From assembly GCA_012295275.1 (NCBI GenBank), contig CM022679.1:30566001-30630000 (forward strand): 64,000 nucleotides of DNA. The letters are read 5' to 3'. The DNA comes from Chrysomallon squamiferum. Lineage: Eukaryota > Animalia > Mollusca. Of this stretch, positions 44,590 through 58,924 are shown piece by piece. How positions within the stretch are numbered: position 1 is the first letter of the stretch; the number at the start of each line of letters is the position of its first letter. Both the position numbers and the translations under genes were made by a program. Under the pieces are notes generated by a model. The model worked only from the letters and a program-made list of their open reading frames with translations, made no database searches and was not told the origin of the DNA.

Positions 44590-44926
44590 GGGGAGATAAG
44601 TGATTTGACACGGAACGACCCATATGTTGTCTATTGACGTAACTCGGCTGTAATCGATGCGCAAAGCAGGTTAAGCGATACATTATGTGTGTATGTTCAT
44701 ATATAGGTATGTAACTACTGTATTAACTTAACGTGACTATACATATCTGTAATTTGAATTTTTATTATTAATGTAATGTTGTTAGTTTTGAATATATCGT
44801 ACTAGAAGGAAGTATTTATAATCAGTTATTGAATAGTGAAATCCTAATACGACATGTACACTTTTGGTATTCTGAACATAAAAAAATAATATAAGACTTA
44901 ACTTTTTATTTTACAGATTTCAAAAC

Positions 44927-46573
44927 ATGGCTGTATCTTTCAGTAAACAAGATCAGAATCAGATGTCTAAGTGGATAGGTGGGTACAAAAAGTACAAACT
45001 TCTGTTTAAAGCCACAAGAGATGGGTGTAGTTCTCAGGTGTTTCACACTAAGTGTGACAATATGGGTCCAACTGTGACAGTATGTTACAACACAGATCAC
45101 TGTGTGTTTGGTGGATACAATCCACTCAGCTGGAACTCTTCTGGATCATACACAAATCACAATGACGCTTTTCTCTTCAAACTGAGGTACAAAGGAAATA
45201 ACGCACCAGAGAAATTTCCAGTAATTGTTGGCAATGGGAATTCTATGTACAATGACGCAAGTTACGGACCAATGTTTGGAGGTGGATATGATTTGTATCT
45301 GTTTAGCGGTACAATTAATAAAAGCGGAAACTATTTTCAAGGAAATGGTTCCACAAGTTTTGGGAATAGCTACAATATGAATAGCAAAACTGCAAATGAC
45401 ATCACCAACAACAATCTGAGTTTTCTGGATATAGAAGTGTACCAGGTGGAAGGTGGGTAAACATATATTTCAAGACAAGAACTGAAGGAAAATGAAATGT
45501 AGACATTTAGGCTATTTATAAACATTTCTAAAGCAGTAACAATAGTAATAGTAAGAAGAAACAAATTATTTAAACTAATAATAATAATGAAACAGCAAAT
45601 TCGGCAAATATTCAGTGATGACAATGAGTGAATGTCTATTTTTGTGCTTTTTCCGATGTAATTTGGTCTGTTTGTTTGTTGGTTTTGGGTTTTTTTCTCC
45701 GAGAAGATTAAATAAATGAAAATAAATTAAATCAGTTTTAATTTAGTGTTTATTACATGTTGGTCCTCTGATATTTTGTACTGTGGGTTTCCGAAAACAT
45801 TAATATAAAGTAATTATAAGAATCTATTTTAACTTACAGATAGAAGAGGAAATCCAGAAGAACCATGGAGGAAAATACCAGACATTTCAGTCAATGTAAT
45901 CTCTCTCCACCCTTAAACATCATAAATAATCTTCATAACAAACAGTATTTCTCTATTTGTGTTGTAGAATTAGAGATTAGTCAATGAAATAAATCTCTGA
46001 TATACGAGTTTGATATTTTCTGATTACGTTTGTTTATAGAACCTATCTTACATCCTAAAAGAAAGAAAGAAAATAACTTTTCTCTTGTGCTTGATACTAA
46101 GAAGGAAGAAGTAAAAATTTAAACTAAAAGATAAATCATTATAACATTTTTAACTGATTGTCTTCATATTTAATAAACATATTTATTTATTTCTGTATTT
46201 ATTTATTTATTTATTTGTTTGACAGAAACTTAAAACGGAGCTAGACAAATATACGCCTGTCGAAGGTCTCGAAAAACAGTTCGTAAACATACTGCTGACA
46301 GGACTGGTTGGATCGGGAAAATCCAGTTTCTTTAACACTGTGAACTCTGTGTTCAGAGGTCGAGTTACAAGCAAGGCTAGAAGTGGTGGAGCAGAACACA
46401 GTTTGACTACAACGGTTTGTTTCTGTAACAGCTTTGAACTCTAAAGTAATCTGTTTTTCTTCTTTTTCTGAAGGTAACTGAAGACCCATGTGATAAAATC
46501 TGTGTAACCCACTGAAATGTAAACCTTTTTATTTATTTCTTAATTCATAATGATCATTATCATGTTCTTCACC

Positions 46574-46621
<48 letters not shown>

Positions 46622-47148
46622 GATATTTATTTATTTATTTATTGATTAGTTTCGAATGTACAAGATCAAATCTAAAGGCTCGACATATCCTCTCAAATTT
46701 CGACTGTGTGACACTCGAGGACTTGAAGAAGGTCAAGGACTGGACATTGTGGATCTCGTGTCACTGTTGGATGGTCATATTTCAGACGGATATGAGGTAA
46801 GGGTAGACAGAAAACAGATAATTGCCGTTAGAAATACACTGCAACACTTGTATATACATAATTATATACTTTACTACAATATCAGGCTTAATAGCTAAAA
46901 ATAATACAGGTGTAATCACAATTACTACTACTACTATTACTACTATTACTACTGCTACTATTAGAACTTACTAATAATACAACTACTAATACTGCTCCTA
47001 ATACCACTATTATTAATATTATTATAAATGTTGTTTCAATTGTTTGTGGCTTATGTTCTTATTGACTGTATAACTCGTATTTTTTTCTGACTGTTATTGT
47101 TGAAGTTCTTATAGTTATTATCATTCTTGTTGTGAGAATTACTATTAC

Positions 47149-47217
<69 letters not shown>

Positions 47218-48229
47218 AGTTGTTATTGTTTTTACAGTTTACGGTTTATTATTGTTGTGAGAGTTACTATTACTCTTATTATTGTTGTTTTGGTTTTTAC
47301 AGTTCAATCCATCTTTGTCTGTAACCCCGGACAGTCACGGTTACAACAAAAGTCCTACGTTAGGAGATAAAATACACTGCATTGCTTTTGTCATCGACAG
47401 CTGCTCTTTGGATGTATTTCCTGACAGTCTGCTCGAAACTATAAAACGTTTTCAACAGAAGGCAAACCAAAGAGGTACAGGGAACAATAAACATAAATAA
47501 ATTAAAAATTAAGTTGAATGAAAGTTGATTTTAGCAAACATCTTTTTAAAATTTGGCAACCATGGAATGACTAGTGCAAGACGAAATAACTGTATGGCTA
47601 ATTTCAATGTTTGCAACATTAATTCGCATAAACGATAATAAATGAATACAATTGTAATTAGTTACCTGTTATAGTGACAAGTACTGAAGACAATAAAAGG
47701 ACTAAATGGTTTCATTGCAATTAGGTACATCTTAATTGTATTAACATGTATACACGATAACAAATCAGTAAATGAATAAATTGTACCACTTTAATTAACT
47801 TAATATTATTTATATTTAAAGCTGTACAAGGTAATATCAGAATAAATGGATATATGATATCACGTTAATTATTTACAAACTGGCAAATATAATAAATGAA
47901 TAAATAAATATTATGATATCATTTTAATTACGTACGTGTTAATGTTGGCAGGTATACCACAGGTGGTTCTTCTCACGAAGGTGGACAAACTTTGCCCTGA
48001 AGTCAGTGAAGACGCTGGAAATATATTTTTCAGTGATGCTGTCGCTGAAGCTGTCGAAGGAGTGTCCCAGTTGATAGCTCTGCCTCGGAGTCACATTTTC
48101 CCAATCCAGAATTACGAAAGTGAAATTGAGTTGAATGATAAAATCGATCTGCCTTGTCTGATAGCACTGAAACAGATGCTGTGTTTTGCTGATGATTATC
48201 TGGAAGATTATTTGGAAACACACGAGTAA
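44927..48229 (+). CDS. IFI44L: IFI44/IFI44L-like protein, soluble type, copy 3, 455 aa
   Basis: Exons 44927-45452, 45840-45895, 46226-46414, 46650-46796, 47303-47474, 47952-48229; intact frame and motifs. Confidence 0.92.
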
Positions 48230-51200
48230 AAGATGTGTTCCTAATCTTATATTCAGTGCAGTTTTGGACATTTTTAACATTTTATTTTATACGTTAACGC
48301 ATTTGTTACTTTTTCTTTTGTTTCGTGGTGGTGAGGATAAACTGAAGGTGATCGTAAATTGCTTTAAAAAATAGAATAAATCGTTTCTGATATTGTCTTG
48401 CAAACATTATAAGAGCTATTAATAGCTGTGAATAGTCAGTCACGAGCGATTTGTAAAGTTAAACCAGGAGGTTATTACCGTCAACGTTTTTGTCTGCTAT
48501 GTTTTTCTCCAGTGCCTGCCTGTCTGTTTGAACTAGGAACACTACGTCTTTAGCACCTTTACACATTTGATTTCAATAAATATGATGACATAAATACGTT
48601 TGATGATTTACTGATGATTAAAAGACGCTTTACTTTTATGAATGCGTTTTTATTTGAATGGTCTTGAATTGACATAGAAGTATTTACTGTTTGTGTTATG
48701 TGTTACTAATATATATGAAGTAAAATAGATTTTATAACGTGTAATCTGTATAAGTTCTTTAATCAGTGCTTTTATTTTCATCATCTTCATTAATATTGCT
48801 ATTACTTTTGCCTTACTTAAAGCCTTTGAAGAATAAACGTTTATGACGTAACTACCATTGTTATTTTGTGTACTGTTACTAATGAGTGTAAGTATATGTT
48901 TGTGTGGGGATATATGGTGTAATAGAAGGAAAAAAAACCACAATAACCCCAAAATTCAATGTCTTCTTCAACAGAAGTTAGAGACAATTGAAATGAAAAT
49001 GCATAAATAACACAAACGTTTGAAGATAAAAATAATTAACATACAACAGAAAAAAAAGCGTTAAAATCTTTTAACAACGAGAAACACACACACACACACA
49101 ATCTCACTATCTCTAATTCTCTGTATCTGTCAGATTTTATGAACTTTTCCTCTCTTTTTTTCTCTGTGTGTTTCTCTCGCTGTTCATTGATCAGTTTAAT
49201 CCATGTCATTTATAACAAATTATAGTTGATTCTTTAGTGTGGCTAGTACAATGGTTAATAACAATATCCTAACAAAGTAAAAGCTATTGGAAAACATAAA
49301 CGTTACACGACCAATTTCTTTATCACTATTTTCTTGGAGATGTATTTTAACAAAGTCCTACGGTAAGGGATATAATCTTGCCATTTCAAACATAAACGAG
49401 CAAGAGATTTATGCTGAAGGGGCAAAAATCTTCTTGCCTGATGCCAAAGTCGGCATCTTTCCCCTCTGTAACAACTATACCGTGTCAGTTTCCTTAACAA
49501 AACCAGCGGAGATATTTTTCACGTCTGATAATATCAATAAAAACTATGTTCCTTTCACAGAAAAAACACAGACAGATCTATATTTCTTTCATTTCATCAT
49601 TTCATAAGTACTCATTAATACTGAATAAAATTGAAGTATCGATTTTACTAAAACGACGATGAAAACAATTAAATTCGTCTAGGAAATTAACGGCTTTGCT
49701 TATCAGGTTTTCCTCCGGAAGTTTTCAAGCAGAAGGTAATAAAATAACAGGTAACAGGTGACGTCACTTCATCTCTGATATTTATCCAGTGAACACTTTA
49801 CCTTGACCTGTCCCACCCTACATATTCCCTAACTGCGAGGTTTAGTCAAAGGTTTTATTTCTAAACGTATTTAACACGTCACTTGCTACATTATAAGGTA
49901 ACTGCATGGAAGGCTGTATAATTTATTAGTGACATGTAAAAAAAATTAGAAACAAAATGGAATCAATGAAACATGTTAAATGACATCTGGTACACAGGCT
50001 ACACAAGTACACGCACCCATACCTGTCATTGGGTGTGGTGACATTTATGGTTTGCAGTCGAAGATCATCCAAAATGAAAAGGTATTTCATTTACCTTTTC
50101 AAAAATATTACTGAGGACCTCGTAGTATAAGCATTCCAGTGACTTCTAAACAGATATAATGAATTTAAGAATGAAAAATCAGTTTATGTAATACATTTTT
50201 CTTTACAAAAATCTTTAAGTAAGCAAACTCTTGGCGTTAGAATACGTTATATATGATATGTTGTGTAATATATAATATAACACAGAGTAAATACCTGTAT
50301 AGCAGTTCAGAAGAGGACAATACAATGTACATTATAAATTAAAAACTCTTTTACTCCTGAGTATGTGAATATCGAGGTAAATTAGAACACGTGTTCAGTT
50401 CATAATTTACGGAATAAAGCTATATATTTTTTTTAAATATAAAATTAATTATTTCTTGGTAAGATCAATGTTAGAACATGAAAAAAGAAGAAATCAATTA
50501 TTTTGCATTTGACAACCTTTATTATAAATGTAATATTTGAACGTTTATTCTGTATTAAAACAAAATACACAAGTCTTATTTACGAGATGTTTATTGAACT
50601 CAGATGTGTAAAGGTGCTAAAGACGAAGTGTTCTTGGTATAAACAGACACTGACAAAAAGCAGAGAAGAAAGAAAAGTTTACAGTAATTAGCGCTGTTTA
50701 CATTGTATCAAAATTTAATCTTTCAAATCTGTTTGGGATTACTGAACTCTCTTCATCCATGAAAATAACAGAAAAACTATCTAAAATATTTTGATTATAC
50801 CATTTATGAGTGCCAGTTTCTCTATAAGAAAACAGAAATAAGGATAATAACATCTACAACAACAACAATAATGTTTAGAAAGCAACTTATCGAATGTGTT
50901 AATCCATCAAATTGAACTGATAGATGTTAAGCATCAGTGTTATTCATAACAAAACATGATCGTGTATGTTATGTACATCTATATCCGATTATTTCTTCGA
51001 GCAACCTTCAAAAGTTTTGGGACAACTTAATGGACAGAGACTTAATTTCCCTCACTAACTTATGAAATATATCTGCTTAGTTTGCATATGAAATATAGAC
51101 AGATCATCAGGCTAGATTTGGATATCCTTAATATATTCAAAATTCCGAATTGGTGAACTTATATTCTGTGTTCAGAAAATTAAAAACCCCTAACTGTACA

Positions 51201-51297
51201 TTCATGCATTATATTCGTCAGAAACTTCTCTCTTTTCGTTATTATGAAATAAATCTGAATTATTAGCAGTATTATAAGATATTAGTGTAAATACGTG

Positions 51298-52531
51298 TTA
51301 CAACATACTCGAACAGGCTACTAGTTCACTGCAGTTTAGATCAAATTTCCAAGCTAACAGAAGTAAAACAAGGACGATAGCTATACTGCTTATAGTAAGA
51401 AACCCATAATGATGCACATCTTCTGTTCTTCCATGGAAATTTTCCAGATAGACGTCACTGCCAGAGACATCATCTTTTTCTTTTTCTGTTTCTTCCAAGT
51501 AATCTTCGAGATAATCATCAGCAAAACACAGCATCTGTTTCAGTGCTATCAGACAAGGCAGATCGATTTTATCATTCAACTCAATTTCACTTTCGTAATT
51601 CTGGATTGGGAAAATGTGACTCCGAGGCAGAGCTATCAATTGGGACGTTTTCCCAACAGCTTCAGCGACAGCATCACTGAAAAATATATTTTCAGCATCT
51701 TCACTGACTTCAGGGCAAAGTTTGTCCACCTTCGTGAGAAGAACCACCTGTGGTATACCTGTCAATATTAACACGTACGTAATTAAGATGACATCATATA
51801 TTTATTTAATGCGTATTTATCAGTCAGTATAATTAATATGTAGCTAATTAAAGTGATACCGGATATTCACTTATTATTGTACATGGCTATCAATGTTGTG
51901 AATATATAGCTAATTAAAGTGATAGCTTTTGTTTATCTATTATTGTCTATACCTGAGTGAGTGCTGCAAAGATTCAAATTATCTGCAAAATTATTTTTCA
52001 AATTACGTTCTGATTGACACCAATGACAGATGTAATCATGGGACAGCAAATTGTTGCCAAATTTTCAAAGATCGCGTTTTATTTTAATTTGTGTATATAT
52101 ATATATATATAAGTGTGCATGGCTATACCTCTTTGGTTTGCCTTCTGTTGAAAACGTTTTATAGTTTCGAGCAGACTGTCAGGAAATACATCCAAAGAGC
52201 AGCTGTCGATGACAAAAGCAATGCAGTGTATTTTATCTCCTACCGTAGGGCTTTTGTTGTAACCGTGGCTGTCCGGTGTTAGAGACAAAGATGGGTGGAA
52301 CTGTAAAAAAACAAAAACAATAATGATAAAAGTAGCAATACCAACTAGTACAACAGTATTGATGCTACTAGTAACAACAAAATAATAATAATGATAACAG
52401 CTTTAACAATAAAAGCTAGAACTAAATATGAGTCATACAGATAATACGAACACCAATCAGGACAACCACAACCACACCAGAACCACCACCACCATCACAA
52501 CAACAACAACAAAAACAACAACAACAACAAC

Positions 52532-52571
<40 letters not shown>

Positions 52572-53977
52572 GCAGTAGTACACGTAGTAGCAGTAGTTGC
52601 TGTTGTTAAATTTTGATTACACCAGTATTACTACTGGAAGTTAAGGCTGTTGTTATAGGAGAAGTATATAATTATGTATATATAAGTGTGAATGTGTTGT
52701 TACAATAGACGTTGTCGGTCATTCAGTCTGTCCTTACTTCATATCCGTCTGAAATACGACCATTCAAAAGTGACACAAAATCCACAATGTCCAGTCCTTG
52801 ACCATCTTCAAGTCCTCGAGTGTCACAAAGACGAAATTTGAGAGGATATCCCGAACCTTTAGATTTGATCTTGTACATTCGAAACTAATAAATAAATAAA
52901 TAAATAAATAAATAAATAGATAAAGAAACAAATATATATACAGTTATCTTCACAAAAAGAAGAAACAGATTACTTCAGTGTTCAAACTTTCAGATTTGAT
53001 CTTGTACATTCGAAACTAATAAATAAATAAATAAATTATAAATAAATAAATATATAAATAAATATCCAATAATAATATTAATAATAATAATAATAATAAT
53101 AAAAAGAAGAAGAAGACGAAGAGCATGATAATGACATTATGAATTAAGAAATAAATAAGGAGGTATACATTTCAGTGGGTTATACAGATTTTATCACATG
53201 GGTCTTCAGTTACCTTGAGAAAAAGAAGAAAACCAGATTACTTTAGAGTTCAAAACTGTTACAGTTACAATCTGACAGAAACAAACCGTTGTAGTCAAAC
53301 TGTGTTCTGCTCCACCACTTCTAGCCTTGCTTGTAACTCGACCTCTGAACACAGAGTTCACCGTGTTAAAGAAACTGGATTTTCCCGATCCAACCAGTCC
53401 TGTCAGCAGTATGTTTACGAACTGCCTTTCCAGTCCTTGGACAGGCGTGTATTTTTCTAGCTCCGTTTTCAGCACCTATTTGACAACCAGACAGACAAAT
53501 AAATAAATCATAAATTGTTTAATACAGAAAGTTATTGTCAGATTTAAATATAATTAATATTTAGATGTCTGTTAGAATTGTTGTATTTATTATCATTATC
53601 ACTTTTTATTTTCTCTGTGAATATATAGCACTGGTATGATAAGGTATGATAAATATTATAACTACTTCTAATTTGTTCTGCATTGTGAAATGATAAATGA
53701 AAACCCATAACAATGGCAAGACAGCTTTCACAAACAAACGGAAAAGATAATAATCCTAAAGTTTAATTTCACCAGCTATTCAATGATTCTACAGTAGAAA
53801 CTAAACATGATAATATTTCTTATGAATGATTTTCATGACGTTTGATGGTTTAGACGAGATTACATTGACTGAAGCGTCTGGAATCTTTCGCCAAGGTTCT
53901 GGAATAGACTCTCTTCCGGGGACATCTGTAATTTAGAAAAGGTCCTTAGAATCGTTATTATTATTGTTGTTGTTCAT

Positions 53978-54021
<44 letters not shown>

Positions 54022-54023
54022 AA

Positions 54024-54076
<53 letters not shown>

Positions 54077-54697
54077 GTCATTATTATTATTGGAACTGAT
54101 TGAACAATATTTATAAATGACCGAAATTTGAGTTTGTCAATTTTAGTTTTCAAAAAAATACCTTTACCCACCTTGTATTCGGTACACCACTATATCCAGA
54201 AAGTTCATATTATTGTTGGTGATGTCATATACAGATTTGTTGTTCATACTGTAACTATTCCCAAACCGGGTGTCACCATTTCCTTTAAAATAGTTTCCTG
54301 TTTTATTAATTGTACCGCCAAAAACACACAAATCGTATCCACTTCCAAATACTGGTCCGTAGTTTTCCTGGTTATACATACAGTTCTTGCTGTTTTCTTT
54401 CACTGGGAATTTTTCTGGTGCGTTATTTCCTTTGTACCTCAGTTTGAAGAGAAAAGCGTCATTGTGATTTGTGTATGATCCAGAAGAGTTCCAGCTGAGT
54501 GGATTGTATCCACCAAACACGCAGTGATCTGTGTTGTAACATACTGTCACAGTTGGACCCATATTGTCACACTTAGTGTGAAACACCCGAGCACTGCACC
54601 CATCTCTTGTGGCTTTAAACAGAAGTTTGTACTTTTTGTACCCACCTATCCACTTAGACATCTGATTCTGATCTTCTTTACTAAAAGATACAGCCAT
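51298..54697 (-). CDS. IFI44L: IFI44/IFI44L-like protein with C-terminal transmembrane tail, ~518 aa
   Basis: Exons 54697-54172, 53925-53864, 53475-53287, 52884-52738, 52300-52129, 51758-51298 (1557 nt, GT-AG). TLDc + G1/G3/G4 motifs, then EETEKEKDD... linker and hydrophobic GFLTISSIAIVLVLLLLAW near the C-terminus. Confidence 0.9.
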
Positions 54698-54855
54698 GTT
54701 TTGGTACCTGTGAAACAAACAGTTAAGTCTTATATTATTTGTTTATATACTGAACAGGAACAGTGTATAGTTCGTATCAGGATGTGTCTATTCAACAAGT
54801 GACAAAAGATGAAAATAGAGTATATCTGGTATTAGGATTGTGAACTCACGAAAAG

Positions 54856-54893
<38 letters not shown>

Positions 54894-55019
54894 ATACTAC
54901 CCGACACCCGCACAAGCATATATCCTCAACATTAATATAATTGCATATATACTCTCGTATATGCTCTCTCTCACACACACACACATACACACTCACACAC
55001 TTTCGTAGTTTTTCAATAC

Positions 55020-55070
55020 CTGAGCTCTGCAAGTTCCCCAAATAGTTCTATTTTCTCTTTCGCCTTTTCC
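55020..55070 (-). promoter_or_regulatory. Putative 5'-UTR exon donor and adjacent ISRE-like motif of the TM-type gene
   Basis: The ATG exon is preceded by an acceptor 10 nt upstream. A CTCAG|GTAT donor context is conserved at 55020, 41121 and 28496. Minus-strand GGAAAAGGCGAAAGAGAAAA lies at 55070-55051. Confidence 0.4.
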
Positions 55071-55508
55071 TAGAAACATTCACTTGTTTTATCTGTACTC
55101 ATTTGTCATCGGGGCTGAATCGATACATTGACCTACTTTAGAGTTGTCTTTCTTGCTATATCAAATGCACAGTATGGCTACATAAAATGCACAGCTATAT
55201 TATTAAGTTACTGTGTGGCTATTAGGTCACAAAAATACTTCTGCCGCTGTGTCGTTACACGCTAAAACACTGCTGGTTGAGTTTATCTAAAGAAATGGGT
55301 ATATCGTGTAGAGATTAGATTAGTGCAGTATCACATTATTTGCTTGCAGAGAAAAAGCAATGTATTTATTTATTTATTTATTTTATGCACAGCAAACACT
55401 TCATTAATAGCATTATTTGCGCGTAGGCGTCAATTTCAAACATCAAAATTTCAATTTAAAAGTTAATTTTTCTACATTTAGCCTGAGCATATTTACGGAT
55501 ACTTCTCG

Positions 55509-55549
<41 letters not shown>

Positions 55550-56498
55550 AACAACAACAAAAAAAGGCGGGACGAAGCACGTGCCACCTTGGTTAATCCG
55601 TCGCCAATTAATCCACTAGTTGTAGTAATATCTTCTAGTGACAAAATTTCTATTGTTCTATAAAAAAGACCATACAGATCACAGCAGTACCGGTAACAAG
55701 TACTACTACTACTACTAATCCTACCACTATTACTGCTACATTATAAGTAAATAAAGAAAGAAATAATGAAAAATAAATTTAAGTGGGAGTTCGAAAGCAG
55801 TGTGTTTCATTAAAATGTGTCACGTGTTAAAAAGGGTTAAAGTGATGACTTACAGCAAACGATTTTAACATATATTTGCATATATAATATATATCTGTGT
55901 ATGTATGTATGTATGTATGTACGTATCTATGTCTCTATCTATTTATCTACATAGATAGAAAGATAGATATACATACACCCACATATATAGATGGATAGAT
56001 AAATCAGAGGATGGACGGATAGATAAACTTGTTATTATTATTAATATGCAAATACTGTAACTTTAGTCAGTAATGGATATTTCATATTTTGCAAGTTTTA
56101 TCGACTTGGGAAACACTAATGCAAATAAATAATGATAATTAAAAAAAAAAAATCAAAAGTTTGACGAACACTAATGAAAAACAAATATAAATCTGAAAAT
56201 AATAAAATCAGTTTAATATTAATTTTTCATTTGATAGCATTGTTTAGTTTGTATGTTCGCGTACAAACAGGCGGATACAAATATTGATATAATGCGTGGC
56301 TGTGTGAGTGTGGGTACGAACTGACAACCATACTGACGGAAAACACAATGTAAAGAAATAAAACGGAACAAACAAATAAAATCGCTAATAAAAATAACAT
56401 AAATCTGAAAATAAAATCAATTTAAAAAGCATTTTTCATTCGATACTCTTTCAGAAATTTTTGTTTCTGTTAGAAATATATAGAAAGACAGATATATA

Positions 56499-56614
<116 letters not shown>

Positions 56615-57192
56615 AATTTTTATTTTGACACATCAAAGCAATAAACGTGTTTTCCCGTTTACACGTGCTTTGTACAGTATATTTTTCAGTATAATCATTT
56701 CATTTGTTTTTTCTTTTGTCGTTTTACAAAAACTATAGATTTCTAATCGGTCAAGCCGTTACTCATCATATACCTTGTTATTTGCCAAGACTGTCTGCGG
56801 TAACAACAAATGTTCAAATCCGCAATATAATCCACGCTTTAGTCTGTGTCAATAGAAGATAATGGTTTCAGAAGTCGCTTCTGATTGCTCAGCACTACAG
56901 ACATGATCTATGCTTGGCTAATCATTCGACTAAAGAATAAATGTCATTTTATATAGTGAGAATTTGGTATTATGTGCAAATGTTATTTCGTATGATGTGT
57001 TATGATTATTGGTGTGTCTGAAAAGATGTTCACGACCGGTGAACGAATTAGTAGATAAACTGCCTTCAGAGTGTTTGCTTTCTTCTGTAACTGGTTTGTA
57101 TTATGTTATATTTTTTTATTTATTTATTTATTTATTTGTTTATAGTATTACTAGTAGATATAGCGGGCATTTTATTTTCTAGATTTTAAATG

Positions 57193-57225
<33 letters not shown>

Positions 57226-57446
57226 TTAAAATGAGTAATGATGGTGATAATGATAGTTTCCATCTGATTATTTTATTTTGAGTTTCAGTAAATTCAAACT
57301 CGTTTCTATTGCCAAAACTTCGAAACTTCGGAAAGTGTTGACACTTGCAAAACAACTCATCACGTTTTATTGTGAATATTTTAAATTTTATATTCATAGG
57401 AATAGGAGCAAAACATAAATAAAGACTGCCGGCCGGCAGAGTCGTA

Positions 57447-58372
57447 ATGTTATTCTCTAAAATGTCCAATCTCTCAAATTCAACAGTTCCTGAGAACAAA
57501 GGTCAAGAAACAGGATATCTGCTGTTATTCGTTTATATGACGCTGCTTTCGGTAGTCATATTTTCTGGCAACATGCTGACTATATGGGTCGTGTACAAGA
57601 CATGCATACTTCAAAGAGATGCCAACGCTTTTATTGTTTCTTTAGCCTGTGCCGATCTTCTGGCCGGCTGTCGAGTTCTGTACGAATCGTTCTGGTATAT
57701 ATCTTACATCGGAGAACGCTTGTCCACCTGCAAGTACTGTTGTCTTTTGTTGTACGTCATGTTCAACACTAGTGTTGCTGCATCCGTCAGCAACGTCGTT
57801 CTCATCTCCATGGACAGATTTATCTTCATCGTGCATCCGTTTCGGTATCACGAGAAAATAGAAATGAGAAGAAGATATCTTCTAGCAGCGTCCTGGATTT
57901 TCGCTACCGTCTTTGGGAAGTGTTCCTGTTTATTACAACAACTTCGTGACGGTTGGAGTCTGTGAGTTTGTGAAAGTCGTCCCGTCCAACTATCAGATTT
58001 ACGGTCAGTGCTTCTTGTTTTTCGCTTCGTTCGTGGCAGTTGCAATGTTGTACTGGCGAATTCTCGCCGCTGCGAGATCTCAAATTCGTGCCATCAATTC
58101 CGCGCCTGCGGTCGTTCGTCCCGAGAACAGTTCGTCCAAGTGGAAGTTAGTAAAGCTTCCACTAATGGTGTGTGGCGTGTTTTTCTGTTGTTGGTTTCCG
58201 TACAACGTGTGTCTGATTGTTAACAATACCGTGGGGATTCATAACAGCGCCATCAGTTACACGGTAAACTTCGGTCTCCTCAATTCTGCGACGAATTTCG
58301 TGACGTACGTTAATGAACAGAGGCTTCAGGGATTACCTAAAGACAGTGGTCTGCGCTAGACGTTTTAGGTAA
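57447..58372 (+). pseudogene. Intronless class A (rhodopsin-like) GPCR with two frameshifts (pseudogene or sequence error)
   Basis: TM1 GN, TM2 SLACADL, TM3 SMDRF, TM4 W, TM5 Y, TM6 CWFP, TM7 NSATNFVTY. An extra G at 57915-57917 breaks TVFG|SVPVYYN. A second shift at ~58309-58312 restores helix-8-like MNRGFRDYLKTVVCARRFR* ending 58372. Confidence 0.8.
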
Positions 58373-58517
58373 CTAGAGACACAAACGAAAATGTTTAATA
58401 AAAGGAAATGTTATATACTTTTCAGAAAATATCTCTTTATATTGACAGCAAATTGGTATTTTAATATCAAACAAAGCCAGTGTGATAGATATTTACTGCT
58501 CCTGTGAAAACCGGCTA

Positions 58518-58548
<31 letters not shown>

Positions 58549-58888
58549 AACAACTTTTGAATTTGGCGCGCTTTTGATTTTCCTGACGTTAATTTAAGTG
58601 AGATTGTTATTATATATAGGTAATCCTTTAACAATAAGTTATTATTTGTTGCACATAAATATCACTTTCATTTATTTCCATGTCCAAAAGACTAGCAGAA
58701 ACAGATTGCTAATGGAAATTGTATTCTATACAAGTAAGCGTTTTAAGAAATTTAAATAGATTATAATGGTTAAACAGTGCCGTTTTAGAAGCGTATTAAT
58801 TTGTGACTATTAAATTCAGTTCCATTCTCTTGTATTCATTTATTATTATTATTGTCGTTGTTGTTGTTATTATTATTATTTAATTTTT

Positions 58889-58924
<36 letters not shown>

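Noticed and set aside
51298-51315. C-terminal CSSML as a CaaX prenylation motif
   Set aside because: The cysteine is fifth from the end, not fourth, and is absent from the unit-2 copy.
54832-55041. MGNLQSS... as a myristoylated N-terminal coding exon
   Set aside because: The start is TTG not ATG, the donor phase (1) does not match the phase needed (2), and it is not conserved as coding in the other copies. Treated as 5' UTR.
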